Shown one piece after another: positions 10,481 to 22,140 of a DNA stretch of 64,000 nt; positions within the stretch are counted from its first letter, which is position 1; every line of letters begins with the position of its first letter. The translations under genes and the position numbers were made by a program. Under the pieces are notes generated by a model. It saw only the letters and a list, made by a program, of their open reading frames with translations. It was not told where the DNA came from and made no database searches. Source of the DNA: Mustelus asterias (Eukaryota); NCBI RefSeq assembly GCF_964213995.1, contig NW_027590117.1, positions 4,898,001 to 4,962,000 of the forward strand, in the 5' to 3' direction.

Positions 10481-12074
10481 GAAGGATTTTTAACACTACA
10501 TTCTGCACCCTCTCCTTTCCTTCTCCCCTATATACTCTGCGAACGGTATGCTCGGTCTGTAAAATGCGCAAGAAACCAGAGTTTTCACAGCATAGTAATT
10601 ATTTCTTGTCACAATAAGAAATCAAATCAATCTCAATACCGCTGACAGGGTGATCCATAAATCCCAGTCCAAACCATTATCAGATCATCACTGTGTCAAT
10701 CCCACAATAGAGCAGCCTTAGCTCCAAATTCAGTATCTGATAAAACCGTAAAATGCTTTTTTGGTTAAATGTTACACAATTAACCTTAATAATGTACTTT
10801 GAGATTCTAGTTAAATACCAGTCACATCACCCACATCAGGGGTTTGGAACTGGCAGTACTAATCGCCATGGCGAGTTCTCACAAATACATTAGATACAAA
10901 TCTGAAAGACAATCTCAGATTGAGATATTCTGAAAGCGAGTATAACCTGAGATACAAACTCAGGTTCCAGTTGAAAACTCACCCAGATTATGAAACTAAA
11001 AGTTACAATATCAGTTTGATGACTATGAACTGAACCATAAATTATAAACTAATCCTCACTCAGACTGAGCCAGATGGAAGACACTGTACCAATTCCAGAC
11101 TGAGCTCCATTTTACACATGTCAAAATTCTTACTCAGAATCAGACTGTCACAGATCAAATCAATGTGAACAACCTGAGTGAAACTTGCATAGCAATCTAG
11201 TATCAGATTGAAGGATACATTATCTTTCACAATTGTGTTTACAGTAACAGATTTATTGCTGGGCATAAACTCACACATTATTTGCTTCAAACCTACTGCA
11301 TCAGTGGCCTATTTCTGTGTTGGAAATTTATTTGGAATTAATCCAAATAGAGAACTTGTCCCAGAGATTGAAGGTTATTTAATTAATCCCATATTCACAC
11401 AAAATACCAAAGACTGATAAATACGAGAATAGTTCTGAATCGCATGTTCAGCATCAACAGCTGAAAAGTACAGGCTGTTTACTGCACTCACTCACAGGAG
11501 CTGAGTCTGAGTGATATGAAATAAATCACACACACACCAATTGTATCACTGAGGGATTTGGAAACAACCAAAGGCTCACACAGAGTAACGGAAACAAATG
11601 GAAGATTAGACAGAGAGAGACGTGAGTGAAAAATCCCAAATGAGACACACAATTTTAAACAGCACCATAGATTTACATACATGATTAATTCCACTGACAG
11701 GAACAGCATGAAGCTGATGTTCTGCAAACAGCACCAGGGAATTAAAGCATATATTCCATAAGCAGCAGCAGGGGATTTAAAATTACTGATGTTTGCCACA
11801 CTTATATAAAATGCTCACAGATATAGAGGCCATTGACAGGTCTAGAATGATCCAACACTCACACACTTTATAAGTGTCTGCCAGATATATATAACTGGCA
11901 CCTTCAGAAATAACACCAGACAAATTCAGATACAGAATGGAACCAGATACTGAAACATGTGAATTGATTCCAACACTGATTGTGTGTCTTGGGCAGCCCA
12001 TACCTACGGGGATATGGTGGATCATGATGACAATTCCGACCATACACATCACCAGGCAGGTCTCTATTGCACAA

Positions 12075-12270
12075 ATAAAAGCAAATTACTGTGGATGCTG
12101 GAATCTGAAATCAAAAGAGAAAATTCTGGAAAATCTCAGCAGGTCTGGCAGCATCTGTAAGATGACAAAGGTCTTCGACAAAGGGTCGTCTGGACTCGAA
12201 ACGTCAGCTCTTTTCTCTCCTTACAGATGCTGCCAGACCTACTGAGATTCTCCAGCATTTTCTCTTTTGG
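12075..12270. mobile_element. short palindromic repeat element with degenerate hammerhead-like core (probably Penelope-derived)
   Basis: ~50-bp inverted arms at 12112-12161 and 12220-12269; internal GGGTC..GACTC GAAACGTC. Confidence 0.6.
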
Positions 12271-13442
12271 TCGCTGCTGCACAATGTGATTCTGCAATGG
12301 GGCAACACATACTAAATAATCCTGATTGTGCTCAGAATTACACTGAAAATGTGACCAGAAGAGCAGAATTTTTTTTGAAAGATGTGACCTCCCCTTTAAG
12401 GCAGAGGTGAGGAGGAACCTTTTTGATCAGTTGTTTTTTTTTTACTTTATCCATTCATGGGATGAGGGCATCACTGGCTCGGCCAGGATTTATTGCCACT
12501 CATAATTGCCCTGGGGTAGGCGGTGCTGAGCTGCAATCTTCAACTGCTGCTGACAATGCCATATAGGTACACCCATAGTGCGTTTTTTTGGGGGGGGGAT
12601 GTTGGGGAGTGGGAAGTTCCTGGACTCTGACCTACTGACACTAAAGGAACGGCGATATATTTCCAAGCCCTGATGATGAGTGGCTTGGAGGGAGATTTCC
12701 AGGTGATGTTGTTCTGATGCATCTGCTTTTCCTTTTCCTTCTCGGCTCTAGTCATGGTGGGTTTGGAAGGTTCTGTCAAATAAACCTTTGTGAATTCTGG
12801 CAATGCATCTTGTAGATGGTGTGCACTGCTGACCCTGTCTGTCAATGGTAACATAAGCCTTATTGTGACTAATAAATACACTTTAACTTTAACTTTTGGT
12901 GCAGGGAGTGACTCTTTGTGGATGGGAAACGAATTAAGTCAGATGCTTTGTACTGGATAGTGTCAAACTTCTAGTGTTGTTGGAGCTGCATTCACCCAGG
13001 CAAGTTACATCTGGAAACCGGGTACTCCGGCTTCCTTCCACAGTCCAAAGATGTGCAGGTTGGGTGGATTGGTCATTCTAGATTGCCCTTTGTGTGGCAA
13101 AAAGTGAAGGTCAGGTAGATTAGCGGGGTGGGTGCGTGGGATTCTGGCAATAGGACATGGATGGGATGCTCTGTCGGAGAGTCAGTGCAGTTTCAATGGG
13201 CCAAATAGTCTCCTTCAGCACTGTAGGGATTCTGTGATTTAAAGGTCATTTGACTGTCAGAACTGCCCTGAGGAAAGTGGGAAAGCTGTTTGTAGCATTT
13301 ACAGCAGTGAGCTTGTTGCAGATCAAATTGTTTATTGCAAGTGAGAATTGATGAAAATAACTGTTTCCTGCAAAGAAATAGAAGAGACACTTGTGGGGAA
13401 CTGCAAAATGTTTTTCTTTCAAACTGCTCCTGAAAAGGTGAA

Positions 13443-13514
13443 TAGCAGAAAATGGTTTTGATCCATCGACCTCTGGGTTATGGGCGCAGCACGCTTCCGG
13501 TGCGCCACTCTGCT
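13443..13514 (-). pseudogene. initiator tRNA-Met pseudogene
   Basis: AGCAGAGTGGCGCACCGGAAGCGTGCTGCGCCCATAACCCAGAGGTCGATGGATCAAAACCATTTTCTGCTA: iMet with D-arm, anticodon-stem and B-box mutations. Confidence 0.85.
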
Positions 13515-15208
13515 ATTACCTAACAGCTTCCTGCTTATTATTGTTGAGCTGTAGTAGGACAAAATGTCACTGTTGCATTGCTGTTTAATGTCAGAAAATG
13601 AGGCAGCTCCGCCTGGCGGCACAATTCCATGCTTAATACACCAAGAATGGAACACACATAAAAGCAGCAAGAGACTGACAGGAGGCACAGGCAAAGGAGA
13701 ATGGACCGACTGATCATTTGTGTAGTGTTCATGAAAAGATCAGCCATGATCTTATTGAATGGCGGTGCAGGCTCGAGCTGACAAATGGCCTACTGATGCT
13801 CCACGCTTTTATAATCTCATATTCTTCTTTGGATCCAATACTACTTAATTTATTTTGTTAGCCATGATTGGGGCACTTTCCAGTTATGTTTACGTGCCGG
13901 AAAGGAATGTATAACTCTTTCATTACATACAACTATGCCTTAAATATTAAACATTAAATATTAGCCATTGCCTATCGACCGTTATGCCATTTTATGAATC
14001 TATTGATCTGTAATCTATTTTAGCAAACTCACCTCTCATAACTTCCTAGTTTACTTTATTTAGGTTTGGGATTCTCGTTCAGGATTGGATCTGAGTCATG
14101 CTTCTGGACTGATGGGAGATGTTCCACAAAGCAGTCATTCAATCTACCAATGCAGAGCACATCATTAGCAGTGAAATTTTAGAAAAAATATAATGTTGCA
14201 AAAGCTAATTCTCCTGCATATAGACACTGAACTGTGAGGAAAGGTAATGCGGCCTTCCATTCGGGAACTTCTGATATTTCTTCCCTTTCCTCAACCAATC
14301 CTCTCACTGCTCTGTGGCTGGCAGGGTTCTCAAGTGTGTCGCTCCCATGTCCCACACTTGGAACATTTCCAATTAGTTCACAATGATGATTGAATTTCTG
14401 ATAACAGTTTCTAGTCACCTGCCATTTTCATTCTGCATCTCACTCTCACGTGGATCATTCTGTCCTGGGTCTTTCCTGGTGTTCAGAGCACCTCTCCTCC
14501 ATTCAGATTTTTCTTACTTTATGTATCTGGTGATTATCCCTTTCATTGTGTAACTAATTCTTATTATTTAATGCATGTGTGCATGTCACAGATATTCCAT
14601 TTCGTTCTTTTTCACATGAGCCCCTCTCCTCTCCATTTGCCTGTAATGTATTACATTTCTAACTTCAACCAGTTCTGATGGGCAGATGTTGATCTGAAAT
14701 ATTTGCTATTAACTGTTTGTCTCTGCAGCAGCTCACTTGTTATGTAATTACAGAACTTCGAAACTAAATTCATACTGCCTGCATTCATACCGTTTGAAGT
14801 CAGTACTAAGGTTGAGAGGAGTTTTCAGAGAGGTGAGTAAAATCGTGATCAGTTTCAATGGAGTAAATTGAAAGAAAATGTTTCTGTGAAACAATGGCAC
14901 GGGTTCGTTGTGAATGATATAAAAGAACAAAGAAAACCGTCAGGGAACACATTTGTCGTTCTATTGGGCAGCAAATTGCTGTGATCTTGAATATGATGCC
15001 TGTAATCGAAGCCAATTAGAATGAAAAGTAAATTCAAAATGTCATTGGACAAATAAGGATAGGAATACATTTTGAGGCTGTACTTTAGATAAGAGGAAGT
15101 ATTACACTAAAGGGAGAGGAAATCTCTTTCGGAATGCTGATGGGTTTAAATTTAATTCCTTGTGCTGTTTTATTCAATGTAATGGTGGCCTGTGTAACTA
15201 ACCCAGGA

Positions 15209-15387
15209 AGAGTTTAATTAAAACCAGGTTAGAGTTCAACAGGTTTATTTGGCAGCAAATGCCATTAGCTTTCAGCGCTCCGAAAGCTAATGGCATTTGC
15301 TACCAAATAAACCTGTTGGACTTTAACCTGGTGTTGCTAAAACTCTTACTGTATTTACCCCAGTCCAACGCCGGCATTTCAACACCA
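15209..15387. mobile_element. palindromic Penelope pseudo-LTR mini element
   Basis: Inverted arms centred at ~15277 (GCCATTAGCTTTC...GAAAGCTAATGGC); TSD TAACTAACCCAGGA at 15195-15208 and 15388-15401. Confidence 0.8.
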
Positions 15388-15401
15388 TAACTAACCCAGG
15401 A

Positions 15402-15645
15402 TACAGCGCGCGGGTGAATATGGTCGATCTCATTCAGAATGGTCCGCACGGCGCAGCTGCCATTCGGCCGCGTCCTCGGAAACCGTATGTCTGCGCGGAG
15501 CATGCGCGGTGCTGTTCCCGGAAGTTCAGCGGGGTCGCGCGCAGCGGCAGTAATACCGAGTCAGAGGTCGGAGCCGAGGCGTCCGGGTCCGGCGGATGTG
15601 CGGCGAGGGAGCGGCACCATGAAGCGGATGGTGCAGCGAGGCCAC
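15402..15645 (+). promoter_or_regulatory. CpG-island fragment with ETS and NRF1-like sites and a Kozak ATG (orphan promoter/first exon)
   Basis: High CpG density; GAGCATGCGC at 15498-15507; CCGGAAGT at 15518-15525; GCACCATGAAG with ATG at 15619. Confidence 0.5.
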
Positions 15646-18321
15646 CCTCACCGCCCCATATGGAACAGTGTGAGTGAGAGGAAACAGAGAGCAGTGGTTA
15701 ATGGTTGTTTCTCAGACTGGAGGAAGGTTTCCAGTGGAGTTCCCCAGGGCTCGGTGTTAGGAGCCCTGCTCTTCCTGATATATATTAATGACACACACCT
15801 TGGTGTACAGGACACAAGCTCAACATTTCCACACGCCACCAAACTTGGAGGCATTGGCAACTGTGAGGAGGAAAGTGGAAAACTTCAAAAGGACACAGGC
15901 AGCTTGGTGGAATGGGAGACAAGTGGCAGTGAGGAAAGTTCCTGCACCGGTTGTCCTGCAGCTGCCCCTGGGGAGCGTGCCCATTCTCAGTGCCTGGGCA
16001 AGTCAGTGTGTTGGATAGAGCGCTTTCTGGGGCGCAGATAATTGTTTTCATTCATGTGATGTGTTCATAACTGGCTTGGCCAGCATTTATTGCACTAATT
16101 TCCCTTGAACTGAGTGGCTTGTTAGGCCATTTCAGAGGGCATTAAAGAGTCAAAAACATACTGTGGGTCTGGAGTCACAGGTCGGCCAGAACAGGTAATG
16201 TGGGTGGGTTTCCTTTCCTAAAGGGGTATCAGTGAACCAAATGGGTTTTTACAACATGGCCATCATTAGACCTTTAATTCCAGATTTTAATTGAGCTCAA
16301 ATTGCACACTGTGCTGAGGTGATAATCAGGTCCCATTGAATTGCACTGGACCTCTGGGTCACAAGTCCAGTGACAATACCACTACACCATTACCTCCTCA
16401 TGTGGGAACTGCGGCCGCCATGAGCAGATATCAGCAAGTAGTTTATTGTAGGCTGATTGTCAGTGAGCTGAAACATGAACTCTGTTTCTCTCTCCACAGA
16501 TGCTGCCTGACCTGTTGTGTATTCCAGAATTTTCACCTTGTTTCAGATGTCCAGCGTCCACATGATTTCACCTGTGAATTATTGCAGCTGTTGCTCAGAA
16601 AACTGAGGCCTGAAATAGACAAATTAAGAGCGATTTTGAATCAAGCTGGATGTTGGTTTTGGAATTTGACCCCTCAGTTTCTGTGAAGGTATGTTTTTCT
16701 TTGGGTGACTTTGGTCTGTAGAAGCAGGAGAAAGTGATGGGTTTAATTCTGAGTAAATTTGAGAGCAGTAGGGTCAAAACACTTCTGATCAAAGATCATT
16801 AACTGTGTCTTGTACAGTTAAAGAAACATTGCACACTCACATACAATAAGTGTTGGACAGAGAATCAATTCCACATTGATATGCAGTATCAGACTGAGTT
16901 AATTCCACACTGAAAACTGTAACAGAGACTGAGAAAAAGAGTTAGTCCCACACACACACTACCAGAACATAAGAAAAAGGAGCAGGAGAAGGCCATTCAG
17001 CCCATCAGGCCTGTTCTGCCATTCAGTAAGATCATGGCTGATCTGATTGTGGCCTCCACCCCACTTCAGTACCTGTCCCCATAACCCATGATTCTCTTGT
17101 AGCTCAAAAATCTGTCTAACTCAAGATTGAATCTATTCAATGACAAAAATTAAGGTTCCCTTAAAATAAGTAATTCCTCCTAATCTCCATCTTAAATTGG
17201 AGATGCTTTATCTTGTGCCTCTAGTTCCAGTTTCCCCCTACACATTGCAACATCCCAGTCAGCATCTACACTGTCAAGCCCTTGAGAATCTTATATGTTT
17301 TAGTACGATCCTCACTCATTCTTCTCCACTGAAAATTGGCCAGACTTGTTTAATTTTTCCTCATAAGAGAACTCCTTCATCTCAGGAATCAGCCTCCACT
17401 CGCTGCAGTTTGCTAAGCTGACAGTGACCCACTTCCATACACTATCAGACACTGACACAGACATTATTATCAATTGATTGAGTCAATTCCACATCTACAC
17501 ACAGTAATAGAGATTGACAGAGTGTTAATGCCACACTGCAGTAAAGGATAAAGAATAGAGAAGAGTTAATTCCAGCTTCATGTGCAAATCAGAGATGAAC
17601 AGTGTTAATGCCCCATTCACATACAGTAATGCAGAATAACAGATACAGAATTAATTCTATATTCACATACGCTAACAAAGATGGACAGAAAGGTAATGGC
17701 TAAATTCAGCACAGTCCCAGATGATCATAGGCTGCTCTCTCCTTTCATGAATATCCTCAGCTGGTACAGGAATATGAACTCACGCTGTTGGGGTTACTCT
17801 GCATCACGGTCCCGCTGTCCAGCCAACTGAGCAAATCAACCCCCAGGGTAGGACAGAGAACAAAGAAAATTATAGCACAGGAACAGGCCCTTCGGCCCTC
17901 CAAGCCTGCACCAACCATGCTGCCTGATTTAACTAAAACCCCCAACGCTTCTGGGGACCATATCCCTCTATTCCCATCTCATTCATGTACTTGTCAAGAT
18001 GCCCCAAGAGAGGTAATTGCAAACTGAAACACAGGAACTGAGACTGGCGAATCAATTTAATTCCACACTCACTTGCACGAATACAGGCTGACACATCAGA
18101 GAATTAATCCATCCTCAAATAAACTGACAGGAAGAAATTCACTGTCGTTCCACCCTGAGATACAGTAACAGAGACTGACAGAGTGAATCGTGCTCTCATG
18201 TACAGATTGACAGATAGCGGGAATGAGTTAACTCCACATTCTCATACAGTAACAGAGATGGACAGATAGAGTGTGAATTCCACACTCTAATGGTTCTCAC
18301 TTGAAGAATTCTTCTGATATG

Positions 18322-19535
18322 CATAGAGTCATAGAGGTTTACAACATGGAAACAGGCCCTTCGGCCAAACTTGTCCATGCCGCCCTTTTTTTAAAAAACA
18401 AAGTCAAGGTAATCCCAATTGCCCGCATTTGGCCCATATCCCTCTATACCCATTGTACCCATGTAACTATCCAAATGCTTTTTAAAAGACAAAATTGTAC
18501 CCGCCTCTACTACTACCTCTGGCAGCTTGTTCCAGACACTCACCATCCTCTGTGAAAAAATTGCCCCTCTGGACACTTTTGTATCTCTCCCCTCTAGTTT
18601 TGGACTCCCCTACCTTTGGGAAAAGATATAGACTATCCAGCTGATCTGGGCACCTCATTATTTTATAGACCTCTATAAGATCACCACCTACGCTCCAGAA
18701 GAAAAAGTCCCAGTTTATCCAGCATCTCCTTATAACTCAATCCATCAAGTCCCGGTAGCATCCTAGTAAATATTTTCTACACTCTTTCTAGTTTAATAAT
18801 ATCCTTTCTAAAATAGGGTGACCAGAATTGCACACAGTATTCCAAGTGTGGCTTTACCAATGTTTTGTACAACTTCAACAAGACATTCCAAGTCCTGTAT
18901 TCAGTGTTCTGACCAATGAAACCAAGCATGCCGAATGCCTTCTTCACCACTCTGTCCACCTGTGACTCCACTTTCAAGGAGCTATGAACATGTACCCCTA
19001 GATCTCTTTGTTCTGTAACTTTCCCCAATGCCCTACTATTAACTGAGTCAGTCCTGCCCTGGTTCAATCTACCAAAATGCATCACCTCGCATTTAAACTC
19101 CATCTGCCATTCGTCAGCCCACTGGCCCAATTGATCAAGATCCCCTTGCAATTGGAGATCACTTTCTTCACTGTCCACTCTGCCACCAATCGTAGTGTCA
19201 TCTGCAAACTTACTAACCATTCCTCATATATTCTCATCAAATTATGAATATAAATGACAAATAACAGTGGACCTAGCACAGATCCCTGAGGCACATCCCT
19301 GGTCACAGGCCTCCAGTTTGAAAAACAACTCTCTACAACCACCATCTGGCTTCTGTCAAGAAGTCAATTTTGTATCCAATTAGATACCTCACCCTGGATC
19401 CTGTGAGATTTAACCTTATGCAACAACCTACCATGCGGTACCTTGTCAAAGGCCTTGCTAAAGTCCATGTAGACAACATCAACTGCACTGCCCTCATCTA
19501 CCTTCTTGGTTACCCCTTCAAAAAACTCAATCAAA
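18322..19535 (-). mobile_element. CR1-clade LINE 3' part
   Basis: RT fragments 18777-19345 (PQGSVLGPLLF, SKFADDT, PHLEYCVQFWSP); microsatellite tail at ~18322. Confidence 0.85.
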
Positions 19536-20529
19536 TGGCCTCTTCATTGTTTCATTATACTTTCTATCTTCTTCATCCTCCAAGGAGCCCTGGCTTTGGT
19601 TCCCCTCCCTTTCACCCTGATTAGAATGTACCGAGTCTGTACCTGAAACATCTCCTGAAAGATCACCCATTGTTCTGTGACAGCTTTTCCTGTCAGATTT
19701 TGGCTCCAGTTTACTCTGGCTCAATTCCAGCTCCTCCCATTGAGGTTAGTCCTCTTCCCGTTCAGAAGTGCTACTTTAGATTGTTCCTCGCTAATATCAA
19801 GCTTGTGACACAATGATCACTGTTACTCAAGTGACCACCTCCAGACACTTGGATCATGTGGTCAACCTTCCTGTCAGTCTGTGTGAGAATGGAATTAATT
19901 CTGTATCTACAATGCATGATCTGCCTGTAGATTTGCTGCTCTATTTCCTTCTCACCACACCTACCTTTTACCCTTCTCTCTTTTCTGTTCACATTGTATT
20001 GAATAGTAATCGCCCGGTTCTCTCCATTTCCAGACCGCATTTTCAACATTGACACTCTCTTGTGTTCCTATGTGGCTATTTGTGCTTCTAACTCACCAAC
20101 CTTATTCACCACACTGTCCACTATGTTACCAAGATTGCTGGCATAGTGGACAGTGAAGAAGGTTATCTAGGATTGCAACAGTAGTGTGATCAATTGGGCC
20201 AGTGGGCTGACGAATGGCAGATGTAGTTTAATTTCGACAAATGCAAGGTGATGCATTTTGGTAGATCGAACCAGGGCAGGACTTAGTCAGTTAATAGCAG
20301 GAAGTTGGGGAGCGTTATAGAACAAAGAGATCTCGGGGTACAGGTTCATAGCTCCTTGAAAGTGAAGACACAGGTGGACAGAATGGTGAAGAAGACATTC
20401 AGCATGCTTCGTTTCACTGGTCAGAATATTGAAGATGTGGAGATGCCGGCGTTGGACTGGGGTAAACACAGTAAGAAGTTTAACAACACCAGGTTAAAGT
20501 CCAACAGGTTTATTTGGTAGCAAAAGCCA

Positions 20530-20566
20530 CACAAGCTTTCGGAGCTCTTAGCCCCTTCTTCAGGTG
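20530..20566 (-). ncRNA. minimal hammerhead ribozyme (left arm)
   Basis: Reverse complement reads CAC CTGAAGA A GGGGCT AAG AGCTCC GAAA GCTT GTG. Confidence 0.7.
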
Positions 20567-21459
20567 AGTGGGAATTCTGTTCACAAACAGAGCTTATAAA
20601 GACACAGACTCAATTTACATGAATAATGGTTGGAATGCGAATACTTACAACTAATCAAGTCTTTAAGAAACGAAACAATGTGAGTGGAGAGAGCATCAAG
20701 ACAGGCTAAAAAGATGTGTATTGTCTCCAGACAAGACAACCAGTGAAACTCTGCAGGTCCACGCAACTGTCGGAGTTACAAATAGTGCGACATGAACCCA
20801 ATATCCCGGTTGAGGCCGTCCGCGTGTGTGCGGAACTTGGCTATCAGTTTCTGCTCAGCGACTGCGCTGTCGTGTGTCGCGAAGGCCGCCTTGGAGGACG
20901 CTTACCCGAATATCAGAGGCCGAATGCCCGTGACCGCTGAAGTGCTCCCCAACAGGAAGAGAACAGTCTTGCCTGGTGATTGTCGAGCGGTGTTCATTCA
21001 TCCGTTGATGCTGCGACAACGGATGAATGAACACCGCTCGACAATCACCAGGCAAGACTGTTCTCTTCCTGTTGGGGAGCACTTCAGCGGTCACGGGCTT
21101 TCGGCCTCTGATATTCGGGTAAGCGTTCTCCAAGGCGGCCTTCGCGACACACGACAGCGCAGAGTCGCTGAGCAGAAACTGATAGCCAAGTTCCGCACAC
21201 ACGAGGACGGCCTCAACCGGGATACTGGGTTCATGTCACACTATTTGTAACTCCCACAGTTGCGTGGACCTGCAGAGTTTCACTGGCTGTCTTGTCTGGA
21301 AACAATACACATCTTTTTAGCCTGTCTTGATGCTCTCTCCACTCACATTGTTTTGTTTCTTAAAGACTTGATTAGTTGTAAGTATTCGCATTCCAACCAT
21401 TATTCATGTAAATTGAGTCTGTGTCTTTATAAACTCTGTTTGTGAACAGAATTCCCACT

Positions 21460-21496
21460 CACCTGAAGAAGGGGCTAAGAGCTCCGAAAGCTTGTG
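21460..21496 (+). ncRNA. minimal hammerhead ribozyme (right arm)
   Basis: CAC CTGAAGA A GGGGCT AAG AGCTCC GAAA GCTT GTG. Confidence 0.7.
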
Positions 21497-22140
21497 TGGC
21501 TTTTGCTACCAAATAAACCTGTTGGACTTTAACCTGGTGTTGTTAAACTTCTTACAGAATATTGAATACAGGAGTTGGGACGTCTTGTTGAAGTTGTACA
21601 AGACATTGGGTATTTGAAATTGTACAAGACATTGGGACGTCTTGTCGAAGTTGTACAAGAGGGCATGGGTTAAGGGTGAAAGGAGAAAAGTTTAAAGGGA
21701 ATATTAGGGGGGGATTCTTCACGCAGAGAGTGGTGGGAGTGTGGAATGAGCTGCCGGATAAAGTGGTAAATGCGGGGTCACTTTTAACATTTAAGAAAAA
21801 CTTGGACGGGTTCATGGATGAGAGGGGTGTGTAGGGATATGGTCCAAGTGCAGGTCAATGGGACGAGGCAAAAAATGGTTCGGCACAGACAAGAAGGGCC
21901 AAAAGGCCTGTTTCTGAGCTGTAATTTTCTATGGTTCTATTGATCAGGCCACACTTGGAATACTGTGTACAGTTCTGGTCACATTATAGAAAGGATATTA
22001 TTAAATAAGAAAGAGTGCAGAAAAGATTTATAGGATGCTACCGAGACTTGATGGTTTGAATTATAAGGAGAGGCTGGATAGACTGGGACGTTTTTCTCTG
22101 AAGCATACAAGGCTGAGGGGTGATGTTATAGAGTGTTATA

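Larger units (their letters stand above)
20434..21554. mobile_element. Penelope head-to-head inverted 3'-end insertion (~540-bp arms)
   Basis: Arms 20471-21007 and 21017-21555 with a 9-nt spacer; each arm has the GIY-YIG C-terminus and pseudo-LTR; TSD CAGAATATTGAA at 20422-20433 and 21555-21566. Confidence 0.92.

Noticed and set aside
20792-21250. 152-aa ORF across the palindrome centre
   Set aside because: Chimera of antisense and sense Penelope GIY-YIG tail created by the inversion.
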